A DNA stretch of 59,732 nucleotides from the NCBI RefSeq assembly GCF_006345805.1, contig NW_021832980.1, forward strand, positions 1-59,732, read 5' to 3'. The position numbers were made by a program, and so were the translations under genes. Source of the stretch: Octopus sinensis (Eukaryota). Positions within the stretch are counted from its first letter, which is position 1. Each line of letters begins with the position of its first letter. Below are positions 34,616-48,749 of the stretch, one piece after another. The notes under the pieces were generated by a model that was given only the letters and a program-made list of their open reading frames with translations, ran no database searches and had not been told where the DNA came from.

Positions 34616-34701
34616 GGAGTGGAGTCAGCTGTGGCAAAACCCTCCAGCGCTTTCCTGAAAATGACTGGGATGACTGCCCATATACCCAAGGGGTAGAATT
34701 G
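34616..34701 (+). CDS. SBF2: SBF1/SBF2 (MTMR5/13) coding exon 2, uDENN ([29 protein letters not shown])
   Basis: tag| acceptor, |gtgag donor, 86 nt, phase 1-0; matches recalled vertebrate [29 protein letters not shown]. Confidence 0.9.
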
Positions 34702-37700
34702 GTGAGTTTTATATATCTGAGTGATATTTCATTGTATTTAGTTAGTTATTGTTTTCCTATTTAGTCTTCTGATTAAACAAAGCTATGAGACATTCCAGTT
34801 GTAGTTATCCAAGGCTATTTACTGTGGATTATACTATTCAATGTATTAGTAGGGTGTAGTTGAAGAAGTTTCCATTACTGTTTCTAATATCCTCAATCAC
34901 TACATAAATAACTTCTCATTGCTTTAACTTGCTTTCTTAATGCTATTGAAATTTATTTCTTGGCTGGAGAAAGAAAACAATTGTTAGCAAAAAGCAGAGA
35001 ATTAATTGCACAGATAATTGAATTTTTCTATTTGTTGTTAAACAAGATAACTGCTATAAACATATTTCTTACCCTATAAGAATTTATCTATGAAATAGTA
35101 GTCTTTTTTAGTTTGATTTGGTCATTTTTACATGTAGAATTATTTGTAGCAAATATAATTTGCATAATTAATTTGTGGCAAGTATAATTTGCATAATTAG
35201 AAATGGGAAAGTAGCTCTAGTGAGCCAGTATCATGAATTTAAAGCAGTTTTCAACAAATCATTTGAGAAGATATCTTACTAAGAGTCTACATTTACTGAT
35301 AGTTGCAGCTGTGACAGCAGCACACTGATCCGGATATGATAGTACTGTGGGCTTCACCTGAACTTTGTAGAAGGTAATTATAAGAAGACTAGTCTGAGAG
35401 ACAGTTGGAATGTTGATGTTGTGAGTTCCCCAGATGTTATGTGAGGAGGTCCAGCATGTTGTCAGTTTGCTAAATCCCAACAAGTAAATTATTTTTATAA
35501 TTTCATCTTTACTGAGGAACTCCCCTCCCACCTAGTGTGTGTGTGTGTTAAAAGTTTAATTAATAGCTAATAATAGCTAATTCATGTCACCAAATGGTTT
35601 CATGCTGAAGAACCTTCCAAACATGGGAGAGGTAAATTGATTATCAAACATATCTGAATGAGAATTTATGACTTGGGTTCTTTGTTATTGGAGGACTAAA
35701 AACCATCACAGCTAATGGGGCTCAGAGATCTGGTTTAAAAACTGAATGAAACTCTAATGGAAGTATGTGGAACCCTGCAGTAGGGTTCCACATACTTTCT
35801 GTCCAGCATATTTCATTCATGAGGGTTTTGATTGACATGAAGCTATGATAGATGGTACAGTGGAACTGGATCCAAACCACATAGCTCAGAAACAAAATCT
35901 TCTTAACTACACAACTATGCCAGGATAATCTCTCAGAAAGATGTTGCAAGCTGTTCTACAATTATGTGGAATCCTGCTACATTCAGTTAAACAGTCCTGG
36001 CATTGTTAGCTGGGGTTCTAGAGTTTACCTCATCAGATAGCTACACTTCTCCCTCAATATGTTGCTGATTACATTGTTGCAATTATTGTTGTCAAGTATC
36101 AAATCAGATTTAGATTGTTGCAATTATTCTTCTTAAGCACTAAAGCAGACTTAATGCAGCAGATATCTAGTTGGTAGAATATACTCTGAGGAAGGTTTAA
36201 CTGTAATTTTGAGCTAGTTAATTGGTCATATAGGGGTTCCATTACTGGCTTGTTGAAAATGAATTGTGGTTTGTGATAGAACAAAATCCAGCTGGGTTGT
36301 CTTTCACTACATCTTTGTCCTTATACTTACATTGTAAAATGGTGAGAACATTTGGTCCAACATTTTCGTGTCAAACACAGGAAAACTGGTGAGTGGAAAA
36401 TTGAGAGCTGGAGTTAGGAATCCATCTGACTGTGAAATATTGGCATTATTGATTGGTAAATATAGAAATGTTGTGACTCTCCATTTCTACGGAACCCTAC
36501 AGTATTATTACCGTTGTCAAAACTATATTGATATCAAGTTTCCGCTCTAACATCTGTAGCTATTTTGCTGTAACCATATCAAGGTTAGGAAGAAGGAAGG
36601 CTCTTTTGGTTAATAAATATTGATATATATTCCATCTTAAACTTAGAGGACTTAAGAAAATAGCTAAATTTTGATGTATATGATGTAAATGAGTTGAGAT
36701 AGAAAACCCATCTGTATTAATGGATAATGTTTGTAATTCATAGCGATACTTTACTCAGAAAATTTGTAAAACTTCTTTAAGTAGGAACCTTTGAGAAATC
36801 TTTAAATTTACTGCTGTTTATGTGCCACATTATCTGAAGTCTGTGAGAGGAAATGTTTGAAGAAAACTGATGCAGGAATGGTTTAAAGGTTAAAAGAGGA
36901 TAATGTTGGTGGTATGTGATGAAAGAAAGTTGTGTCATGGAGGGAGAACAGCTGGAAGAATTTCTCTGATAAATGATTTGTTGGCATGAGAGGTGGCACA
37001 GTAGTTGAAGCTTGAGATCATTCGGAGTTGGACAAAGCATCAACTAATCAAGTATTGACTAAAGTTTAATCCTCAAAATTACTTAAGTTACAAAATACAA
37101 ATCTGTTCTCTGATACAGAGAGCCTCTTTAAAATCTGGGAAGGTTTTCTTAGATGTAATCTCTAAAACATTCTCTGAGAAGTGCTAAGACTGAACAGTGC
37201 CAAGCTATCTATCATTCCTGGTTCATGTATTTGTTGCCCACTTCAAATACTGTATCTGTGGCTGTTATACCATGCCTGTATGAAAGACCATTATTATAAA
37301 GCTGTACGCTGTCTTGTTTCATAGACATAGCTGTCTACATGGACAGTAAGCCATTAACATCATAAGATTATAATATTAAAAGTCTCTGTTGAAGAATCTG
37401 TATGGAATCTATAATATGAAATTAGAGAATGGATCTTCAATTAACATTCTGAATTAAAATACAAATATTCTCAGTAGTAAAGTAGCTTTCTCTATAAATT
37501 TCATATGTGTTCTCTTGTGATTTTAACTTTTTCTATAGAATACAAATCTCCTCTATAGTTATGGTAGGAGGGATAGACAGGTGGATCCTTGAAGATGGAC
37601 AGTGAAACAGTGAAAGGTTAGAAACCTACATAATTGATAATCTGTGACTTTGAAACTACTAGACTATTTCACAAGATTTTGGTCACTAGCAATGATACTA

Positions 37701-38087
37701 TAATAATTACAGTATTAGGAGTGTATTGCAGTTCGCTTGAAGCATTGTGCATTGTTTGTAAAATATAATGTGTCTTGAATGGCACAACAATGCACTATAA
37801 TAATAACAATGGACTATAATAACTGTTATAATTTAATCGTCCTTAGTCTGATATAATATTTCAGAATACAAAAATTCCTTCTTCAGAGATCCCTAGCAAT
37901 TGAGCGAGTCACTGCTATAAGCAGTTTTCCAACAGTTTTATTTTTCCTGGAAGTGTCTCTGCAGTGGTTGACACATCCGTAGCATTGCTTCTAAGTTATG
38001 TATTATATGTGCAGTTTCCTTATTTTTTCTTTATAAACAACACATGAGCATGTTATCAAAAATGAACCTACACACATCCAGATGTAG

Positions 38088-39062
38088 CTAAATAATATAT
38101 TGACTGCCAACCTCCAGTTTGTTGTTAATTTGGGGCCCTAGTCTGTGTATGAGGATAGCTTCCTTAATTCTTAGAATACCCAAATTTCTTTCATTGGCCT
38201 CAATTGTGACTGTTATGCTTTTGTCAGTGTTCTGGCATTTGTCTAGAGTTTTTCTGAAAGAGGAGGCTCTTGTGTTCAGATGTTCTTTGATGTGAATGTG
38301 TATAGGTCTTGTTGTGCTACCCACAAAGAACTTGTTGCATTTGTTACATTGTATTCTATACACAATATTTACCCGTTGGCATAAATCTGTGTTAGAGATG
38401 GAACAGTTTGCTAATGTGCATTGATTGCTATCCATTGATTGTTTCTTTGCTAGGTGTCTCTTTAGAGAGAGGGGCTGGAGTGGGCTAGTTGTATGTCTAG
38501 CATTTCTCTTCTTATGGCTCTTCAGATAGCTATAGTTATCCTCTTGCTAAAATGGGGTATTTTAAGGAAGCATGTGTTGCTGGGTTTCCTTTGTGTTTGG
38601 CGTGTCTCTCGTTTTGTTTACTTAAGCCGATTTACAATGGATATAGGGTACCCGTTGGGTTTCAATATCTCTTGGAAGCATGTCCTGCTGCACTTGTCCT
38701 CTGTCCTGCTGCACTTGGTCTGGATGCATGCAAGTCCATTTCTGGCATATCCTATTTTGCCACCGAGTGGAAGGGCTGAACTGTACTGAACAAACATATC
38801 TCTGCTGGTTGCTTTCCTGTAGAACTCAAGGTGGATCTCTCCATCTTCCGTTACTTTCTGTTGGAAGTCCAGTATTGTTGGATGTTCTATAGTGAACTGT
38901 ATGTTCATATCCATGTTGTTGAATGTTGTGAATATTCTGTCAGCCTCTTCATGGGAGGATGTCAGTATGAGGATGTCAACTACGTATCTGGTGAAGAAGG
39001 TGCATGAATGGCAGATGTTGAGTGCTCAACGTTCCAAATGGTTCATACAGGTGATAGCTAGT
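38088..39062 (-). pseudogene. Penelope-like element (RT C-half plus GIY-YIG), degenerate
   Basis: FTRYVVDIL...NIQFTIEHP.ILDF...FYRKAT...NGYP; NIVYRIQCNKCNKFFVGSTTRP...LRIKEAILIHRLGPQINNK. Confidence 0.85.
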
Positions 39063-39765
39063 ATTGAAGTCACCAGCCACAAAGAGAAGGTCCCTGTCAT
39101 TCGTCAACGCGGTAGTCTGCAAGAGGGTGTCATAGAATCGGTCTTTCTGTCCATTGGGTAGCCTCGGCTGAGGGGCATAGGCCGAGATAATGGTTGCTAA
39201 CCCATGATGAAGCACTAATCTAATCTTAAGTATACTGTCGCATACTCTGACTGCCTCAATTTCCTTATCTACCCATTTCTCCCCAAGAAATATACCCACG
39301 CCCCCAACCCCATCCAGAAAATCTTGTACCTGTGTTCTTTGCCTGTGAGGAAGCTAGCAGAACCTCCTCTTCCACCTTACTTCTTGGATGCAGCACATAT
39401 CGACACATCTCCGTTCAAGCATCTCAACAATCACACCAGACCTTCCTTTCAGTGTGCCAATGTTGAGAGTGCCACCCCTGAGGGTGTGGGAGGTATGGGC
39501 CCTTGAGACCCTGGGACAGGGTACAGTAGTGTCATGTACCTGAAAAGAGAGCTTGCATTTGGCAGAATTCATAAACAAGCAATAGCTTTAAGTTCAACCT
39601 GCGTACACTACACTATCATATTTTTGCACTATGTGATCACTACCTTACATAGTAGGGGTGGGGATGGCGTAAGCCTTTAGAAGCGTTCATGGGAGACAAC
39701 CAAAGGTTGACAAAAACAGGGACTTCTGGTACAGTTGGAGGGGGTGGGAGGGTGGGCGTACCTCC
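39063..39765 (-). mobile_element. RTE 5' fragment (upstream module plus N-terminal APE), 3'-truncated
   Basis: Homologous to 9414-10200: GTLNIGTLKGRSG, CCIQEVRW, ISAYAPQP, LLFVAGDFN. Confidence 0.88.
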
Positions 39766-40769
39766 AGCTAGCAAATTTGGACAAGAACGAGAGCATCTCC
39801 TGGATATGTATTCTTTCAGCAGAGGTGTTAAGAATTGAGTAAGGGAGTCAGCGTGTGTGCGCTAGTTTATATAGGGTGGTAGTGGAGGAAGTAGGAAGTC
39901 TTGGTGAGGGGAGTGGTAATCAAAAGAGAGAGAGACACACAGACAGAGTGAGGCCGAGAGAGGGAGACAGTGATACAGAGAGAGGGAGTCAGAACATGAG
40001 AAAGATATTCTTTTGGGATATGTGTGGCATAGTTAATTTAATGAGACAGCAAATGTTGATAATAGTAAATAAAATTGAAGAATCTGAGAGTCAGTCTAAG
40101 ACAAATTTAGAGGAGAATGACTGTGTGATAGACTTGAATAGACGGATGAATGAATGAATATGTTGCGGTTAAGGAAGTGCGTGAACTAAGGTTATCTTAG
40201 GCAACAAGGAAGACAAAAATATAGAACTATATTTACATGATGATATGGTACTGATATAGACAGAATAATGTAAAGGAGCTAATAAGGGGTTTATAATCTG
40301 CGCAAAAATAGAAGGGTCGATGATGGGGTTGAAAAAGACAAAACTTATCTGGGCATCTTCTGAGATACGTATTTTCAGCCGAGATATTGAAGAAAGCTGA
40401 AAAGGAAAGTGCAGACTGCTCTAAGGAAAATTAAACAGGAATGGTGGAATTAGCTAAAGGGGCACAAGAAACAGCTGATAGAAATGATGCCAAGGGTTTG
40501 AACTCTTATGTTAAGGAGGTATATAGCCTAAAATCTTCTTTAATAGCTCCTCATCAGCAACTCTTAACACCTAGGGTTAAACTCAACTACCTCTGACCAT
40601 CTTATAAGAAAATTGTTGAAAACGTGTTCATTTTCAAAATGCTAAAAGTGTAAACAACAAATTAAATGGGTGGCTTATTTGCAATTTGAACCTAAAAGTA
40701 AAATCAATAGAGGTTGCAAAGGGATGGAAGGTACTAACACTACTATTGCTAGAAATAAGAGTTAAAACA

Positions 40770-41620
40770 GAGGATACTTATGGTTTCAGATCTTATAAAA
40801 ACCCACCATGTATTAAAGACCTAGAAAAATTTGAAATCGATCTTATAAAGTTAGTTAGAATGTAAAATTTAACCAAAAACCCCACAAGTTCCAATACATA
40901 TTACAGACATATATTAAACCTTTGAAAACATCAACAAACATGTTTATTAAAGCATACAAAACAAAACATATTAATGAAGTATCCATCACACACACACACA
41001 ACAAATTACTAACTCACAACATAACTAAAACATACAAGAAACAAATCCCATCACTTATAATTCAATTAATGTAGTAGCAAAAATTTTAGCCACAAGGTTT
41101 GAAACAGAAGACAGTAGAAAGGATTATCCCATGAAGAAAGACTATAGAAATAACCTCACACAAAATCCTAGCTGTAGATTAATAAATCCCACAGAATGTG
41201 AAAAATCCATATTAGATAATATCATACGACATATCAGAGCATACTCAAACCTTACTCAATGGATAAGCAATAGTGCAACTATTGAATGGTTTAAGAAAAT
41301 AGAAGATAAATCCAAATGCAAATTTATACAATTTGATATCATAGAGTTTTACCCCTTGATCTCCAGAAGCTTACCTCAGAAGGCACTTGAATTAGTCAGG
41401 CATATGTTACCATAACAAATACTGATATAGATATAATTATGAACGCAAGGAAGTCTCTGCTCTTTCATGATAATTCCTCTGTGGTAAAAAAGATTGAGGA
41501 TGAGTTATTTGACATAGCAATGGGGACCTAGGATGGTACAGAAAGGTCCTACCTAGTAGGCTACTATATCCTAAAGATTTTAAAAGAAATAAAAGAAGCT
41601 AACATAGGTTTATATAGGGA
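40770..41620 (+). pseudogene. Penelope-like RT N-half remnant
   Basis: PSCRLINP, QWISNSATIEWFKKIEDKSKCKFIQFDIIEFYPLI, FDIAMGT*DG, IGLYRD. Confidence 0.82.
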
Positions 41621-41658
41621 TGCATGTATATGCATACACACGCGCACACACACATACA

Positions 41659-41690
<32 letters not shown>

Positions 41691-41935
41691 ATATGTGACA
41701 ATTGGTTGGTTGCCATAATAAAACTCAGAGTTTTGGATGTCAGGGTGGAAGTCTGCTCCGGCATCTCATCAGTAATTAAGACAAACAAAAATGCTATGAA
41801 AATGACTGTTAAATAAAGGTGAAATTACTGTGAAGATGACCGTTATTAAGACAAACAAAAGAGCTATGAGAATGACCGTTAAATAAAGGGAAATTACCTG
41901 AATAGGGAGAAAGTAAAACTACTCGAAAAAGGTAA

Positions 41936-42550
41936 AATCATGCTCATAGAATCCACATATGCGTGCATGTACCTACATATACATGCATGCATGCACACCC
42001 ACGTGCATGTGCATATATACATATACTCACTCACACTCGCATGAAACACATGCACACCCACACACACATATATAAGAGCATGCATCCATACATATGGGAA
42101 CATATACATATATATACCCGCACACATGCATGCACACACACATATATATACCCATACATGCACAATTATGTTCATATACATGTCTCTATATGCACATGCA
42201 CAAATATGCAGGGTGAAAGGTAATGTACCGAAAAATATATAAATATATAAGCTTTATATAGTTGTATATTTTTTCTGTACATTACTTTTCACCCTGCATA
42301 TTTGTGCATGTGCATATAGAGACATGTATATGAGCATAATTGTGCATGTATGGGTATATATATACATGTGTGTGCGCGGGTATGTAGATGTGCATGTTTA
42401 CATATGTATGGATGCATACATATATGTATGTGTGTGTGGGTATCCTTGTATGTGTTTCATGCGAGTGTGAGTGAGTATATGCACATGGGTGTGTGTGCGT
42501 GCATGTGTATGTATGTACATGTATGCATATGCAGATTCTATGAGCAGATT
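41936..42550. repeat. ~615-bp spacerless palindrome (fold-back)
   Basis: 42147-42228 pairs with 42277-42358; centre tataa-gct-ttata at ~42252; ends tgctcatagaatc / gattctatgagca. Confidence 0.93.
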
Positions 42551-44527
42551 TATTTCAGATTCCAGATTGCTTTATATCTTAGCTCTCAATCCATGTTGTT
42601 TAATTTTATCTCCAAACCTTTCTAGTTTGTGAGTCCATACTTTATTTATCATCTATGAATGATTATTTGTTTATTTTGTTAGTGTACCAATTAGAAAGAA
42701 TTATGTCTGTTGGTTGAATGCAAGTTAGAAACAATATGTTGGTTGCTGTGTTTATTAATTTTGGGTTCCACAAATCCATGGAACATTTGGGTTGTTGTTC
42801 CCCACTCACCCTTGAAGCTCATTTCAGCCCCCTTTTCTGTGATTTCACTAAAAATTTGAAATATTCTCTATCACTCTCTATTGTCTGGTGATTATTGGAT
42901 ATTTATTGCTAATTACTAGATAGAAAGTAATTTATTTAGTTGTAATCAGTAATGTATGAGATCTATTTATAAGTATGATGAAGCAAAGTGAGTTGTGCAT
43001 TTGTTTTGTTGATAAATTCTATGAAACAGGAAAGTAATTGGTAGAGGTAAGGCATAAAATGTCTGTAGTTGATGTGCCACAAAGTGTCTATAGTTGATGT
43101 ATCTCATATAACAGGGTACCTCATATAATAACGTTTGCAAGCATGGGAAGCAGGCCTTATGTGAATGAATATTTGCTTGAACATGATACACTCAATTGTC
43201 AGTCATGTTACACAGGTTGGTGATCAGTTAGAGTCTGCTTATACTGCAAAAATGTCCTAGCAACCACCCACAATGCTCAGCTGTACAGAATGCACTGACT
43301 ATTGATTGTATTCACATTACTGCAAGGCTATGTATTTTTTTATACAGATTTATGTACTTACCCTCAACATGGGGCCAAGAACAGAAAAAATATGAAGGTG
43401 CCTGATCCTTACAAATGACACAAAATGTATTCTCTGTAGGAAAGAGTAGAGATAATCAAGAAAATATGTGACAATAGAAGCTTTGTTGTTGAAGGTTTTA
43501 AGACTGGTGTCAATGAATTTACTATTCATTCTATTTACAAAGTGCATTATCTTTTTTAGCCCAACACCTGTGATAAACAAGGATAAATGTAACAGAAATA
43601 CTGCTGTTACTGTTGAACAATATCATATGAAATAAGATGACTAAGAACTTGTTCCTTGATATTTTTGTGTTCATAATGTCAACTTCCCTATTTTGGTAGT
43701 AGGCCTGTCATTTCAATGTTCTTTGTAAAAATTATTTAGGATCTTTCAATCATGCTGTTTCTGCTGTTCTCTAACTTCACTTTGAAGTATATTGTATGTG
43801 AGATAAATGAGGAAATACTTGTCCTACACTTTTATCGTTTCAATCAGTGATGTATAGTTTAATTAGGTTTAGTAAACAAGCTAGGCAGTGTTGGTTGTGT
43901 AAAATAGCCAGTGGCATTTGAGAAATATGCTTATGCAGCAATCTAGTTTAACTATTTGTATAAAAGTATTTTTCTGTGTGCTTCAGTTTCAGCAACATTG
44001 CTAATGTTTGTGGAAGTTTTAATTCTGCCCTCCTTTGAAATAAAATCCTGCAACTTTTTGGTCTAAATTCCAGCACAGGTTTATCTCTGCTGATATTAGT
44101 ATTAGTTTTCAGTGAAGGTTACTTTGTTATGACTATACTGTACAACTTTACACTATCCTTTAAAATATTGTAATCCTCTTTTCAAGAAAGTTACCAGCAA
44201 TGCTGCTGATAAAAACTTATCTATAAATTCCTGTAACGATGTTAATTGTCTGTAGATTTCTTTAATTGTAACAAATGATTTTTTTAACAGTTATCATTAC
44301 AGATAGATTTGGTCATATGCTTAAGGCTACTGCTAGTTAACAGATGCCTATCGGAATATCAAAAAGGATATTACAAAAATCAAACTACAAAACTTTTGCA
44401 GTCTTATGATGTCTATCTGCATTTAGGTTTTTATTTTTCTGTTTTGTTTTTCCATAAGACAATTTATCTTGAATTTATCTTAAAAAGCTATAAGGAATCA
44501 TTTACTTTTATCATTTTACTTTTATCA

Positions 44528-44828
44528 TTTACTTGTTTCAGCCTGGTACTTAATGTTCTTGGTTTCTTTTGCTGAACCACTAAATTACATGGATGTAAAG
44601 ACACCAACACTAATTGTCAAGTGGTGGTAGAGGACAAACAAAGATATACACACACATATACATATATTATACAATGGGCTCTTTCAGTTTCTGTCTATCA
44701 AATCCACTCACAAGGCTTTGGTCAGCCTGAGGCTATAATAGAAGGCACTTGCCCAAGGTACCACACACTGGGACTGAACCTGGAATCGTGTAGCTGAGAA
44801 GCCAACTTCTAACCATGCAGCCACGCCC
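44528..44828 (-). mobile_element. tRNA-derived SINE
   Basis: Minus strand head tggctgcatggttag...ggttcagtccc plus ttgggcaag core; same family as 50443-50810. Confidence 0.8.
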
Positions 44829-46439
44829 TAGCCACACTTGTGCCAATAAAACACTTGAGCATGATTTTACTTAACTGATGTATATTTTGTCTCTTTGTTA
44901 TATATTTGTTAAATGACATGGTTATTATTTTTATTTTTCCACATTAAGAATTGAGAATGTTGCTATAATTTACTTTAAACTTCGAACATGTAAATTTTAA
45001 TTGAATAACTTTCTCAATAGTTTGGTAGTTTATATGGTAGAAATGGAATAGTCATTTCGGTTTTAGTGACATAATTGAGAGAATTTGAGGAGAATTAAAA
45101 GATGCTGGCTAAAATGTGAAGCACAGTGAATATATTTGATATAATGATGCAAAGTTGTATAACTTGCCATATACAGGAAGTTACTTTGATATTGTACCTG
45201 GAATTTAGATATATCTATTTATTCTTGTAGATTTCACATGAAGTATTTTAAATATATTAATAGTTATCACCAAGCTAACATGACAGTCCAGGAAAATAGG
45301 ATGTATGCTCTCGTTGATTAGCTTCAAGAGGCCATCGCCTCTAGCTAGCTATGTGACACATGAACCTGTGTCCATTATAACCTTCAAACAGGGGAGGTCA
45401 CCCTAACCCACTGTCTTTGTATCAGTTTTATTGACTTCTCAAAGCTACAAGATAATGCATGATCAATTCAAAACAATGTGAATAAATAAGCATAATATTT
45501 GACATAGTTATCTGAATGATAAAATGCTTTAAAAAATCACTATTCGCATGGCTGTCTGGTTAGATGCTAGCTTCTGAAACAAGATAAGAGATAAAAAGTA
45601 TTCCCTTTAAAGTCTTCTATTTGTGCAACGACCACTGATTCAGATCTCTTCAAGAAAGTCTCAATAGGTTAAATAACTTATATTTAACCTATTTATTTTC
45701 AAATGCAGCACAATTTTATCATTGTCTGTATTTCACTGTTATGCAGTTCCATACCATTCTATTTATAGCTTATATTCCAATATATTTGTGTTGGAATATA
45801 AACTAGAAAAAATACCTAACAAACCAACAAAAAAGAAAAAAAAATTTCCTACTTAAAGAACAGTATCTTCACTTTTTCCAGCTGCCTTTCAACCCTAGTC
45901 CATATCTTTAGCCTGGTTCCATTTTCAGTGCTATTTATGGTACCAAAGTAGATAAATTTACTTTGGTAACACAGATTTTGATTTTTCTCATTGAATGATA
46001 ATGGCTTTGTTCTTACCTTTTTATACAACTAGCAACCACAGGCAGTATTTCTGGTGTAGTTAAACCCTTCATTCTACATCAGTTCATCCAGACATCATTT
46101 ACCTTTTACAGACCCAGTATTTGCTCTTTGTCTGTTTTCTTCCTACTTACTGTGCAAAGTCCTACTCAAATGATAGCAGGCCTAGGGAGTCCTTTGTTTT
46201 TAATTTGTATCTATGTTCATTCTTCCTCTATTCAGTGTGAGTATGCGTGTGCATGTGTGTTGTATAGAAATGACAGTGTCATCATCATCATCATTTTAAA
46301 GTCCACTTTTCCATACTCCATGGAGTTTGAGGCAGATTTTCTACTTATGGATGCCCCTGCAGTTGCCAGCCCTCACCTGTTTTCATAGCCAGACATGTTT
46401 TTGTAGAATGGTGGATATGAAATATACAGCTTATATGAA

Positions 46440-46650
46440 AGTGGCACTCATTTACAACTATCAGCTAATGTCAAGTTGACACAAACATACACTCACATAC
46501 ATACATACATATGATGGCTTCTTTCAGTTTCTGTCTACCAAATGCACTCACAAGACTTTATAGTAGAAGAGATTCCATGTAAAGGAAATGAACCCAAAGC
46601 CATGTGGCTGGGAATCAAATTTCTTAACCAATTAGCCATGCCTGCCCCTG
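46440..46650 (-). mobile_element. tRNA-derived SINE, diverged
   Basis: ctttcagtttctgtctaccaaatgcactcacaag core shared with other copies. Confidence 0.6.
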
Positions 46651-48054
46651 TATGTGTTGTGCAGAAATGACTGTGTAAGAAAGTGTGTGTGTGTGAGAGA
46701 GAGTGAAAGAGAGATACAGAAGTGATTCTGTGTGTATGCATGTGTGGATATATGATTGATGGTAGATATCCAACTGTGGATTCCTTTATGATTACCTCTG
46801 GAAATAGAGAAGACATCATCTCAATGCTGTTCTTTAAGTTTTACTGACCACCACATATTGCTAACAGTGCTCTCAGTGTTAATATAGAAAACTAAATTCT
46901 TGTTTGCAATCTATATTTGTTAATGGATGTATTCTAATGTTAAGAACAGAAATTGTTCACTAGAAAATGGAACTAACTTCTATATCTTCAGCTAACAGAC
47001 TAATAAACTGTAAAAATAGAGAAAAATATTGATAAAAATCTGTTATATAACATTAGGGGAAGTAATGGTGGTGGACAGGTGAGGAAAAGAGAAATAAACC
47101 AAAAGAATTTTGGTGGCTAGCTATTGCATACTGATTATTTCATCAATGGTGCTATTGACCTTATTTTGGCACCTTTTCACATGGCATGATCTACTCTTAT
47201 ATTCCTCCACACCTGTCTTATTACCAAACTACAAAACTAACAATTTCCTCTCTGGAATCAGAAAACGACAGTTGTGAAAGGTTTCAAACATTTATACGTA
47301 TGTATAACAGGGTTACCAAGTATGTTGCAAGACAAAAAACCCTCAACTGGGAGTAGGGAAGTAGTATTGATGGGGTGTGGATTTGTGACAGTTGAAAGAT
47401 TAAAGGTATAAAAACAAGGTGATGTTTCCTTCTAGAGTCATACTGACTCATAAGGGCCAGTTTCCTGGTTACCATGGTGTATATATTGGATAGGACACTG
47501 GTGCATCACAGGATTACTCATTTTTGCCCACTGAGTGGACTGGAGCCACCAAGCTACATGCTTCCACTAGATTAAAGGTATAGAAATTCATTGATAAGTG
47601 TCTTGGTGTAGTATAGATACATGGATACTCCAGTTGGGTGAAATGATACAATGGTTTGGACCAGGCGAGTGGGAAAGATTGAGGTGATTGTAGTAAATGA
47701 TGGAGAGAAATATAGAAGATGCTCAAGAGTAGGAGTTATGGTAGATGTGTGAGGGTATTGAGAGCAGTAGCAAGTGAGGTGTTGATGATGGTGATTTACT
47801 GAAAGTCTATTGTTCAGCCTGATTTTAAACTAGGTTGAATAGAAGTGCCACAGAGCAGAATAGAAGGCCCACAAAAACTTATTCTAATGATGCAAAACAC
47901 ACTAACACTGTTAGAAACTGAGGAAGGAATGAAAGATCATCATCATCATCATTGTTCGACCATGGTCAAGACAATGGAATTTACCATGCTACGCCAGACT
48001 TCACGGTCCATCATGGCATTACAGAGGTCCTGTTGATACTGAAAGATACTGTGT

Positions 48055-48240
48055 GAGGATTGTGTTCATTGTGATTGGTGAGGCATGGTTGTGTCATTAA
48101 AAGGTTTGCTTCACAACCCTGTAGTTTCAGGTTCAATTCCATTGCATAGCATTTTGAGGAAGTCTCTTCTACTATGATATTTGGTTGACCAAAATCTTCT
48201 GAGAGAATTTGGTGGATGAATAGGAAACTCATTGTGTGTG
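48055..48240 (+). mobile_element. tRNA-derived SINE head and core, diverged
   Basis: tggttgtgtcatt...ggttcaattcc...gtctcttctacta...gaccaaaatc..gagaatttggtggatg. Confidence 0.55.
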
Positions 48241-48749
48241 CATGTGCTCATGTGTCCTTGTCTTGACATTTATGTGCTGTTTGTAAACAAAGACACAGTT
48301 CATGCAAAATTGGCATCATATGCTGCAAGTTTCCATGAAAATGTCCACACATTAAGCTGTCCATATCTGAAGGACTTGAGATACTAATACTTTGCTTGGA
48401 AACAGGTAAGGACTGCAATAGGAAGAGATAGCCAGCCATAGAAAATCTGCCTCAAAGAGCTTCATCTGATCTATGGATGCATGGAAAAGTGGATTTTAAA
48501 ACAATTATGATACTTATTAAATAGAAAGGGAAGTTGGGTAATTAAAGGAAATTAAGGAAATGTCTTCATGTTGGAGTGTTTTCTGTGAGATATTGTTCAA
48601 GCTGTGTGTTCTTTTGGACAAAATCTTGATAGACAACACTGTCCAGCCCAATGTGGCTTGCTACTAAAAGTAATAATTTGTTATTTATAAATATTAACTT
48701 TTGTATAATTTTTAATTTAATCTAAATTTGTTTCATCACTGTTTTACAG

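Noticed and set aside
36055-36100. VADYIVAIIVV peptide resembling SBF exon 1
   Set aside because: It lies downstream of exon 2, has no suitable start or donor, and is likely chance.
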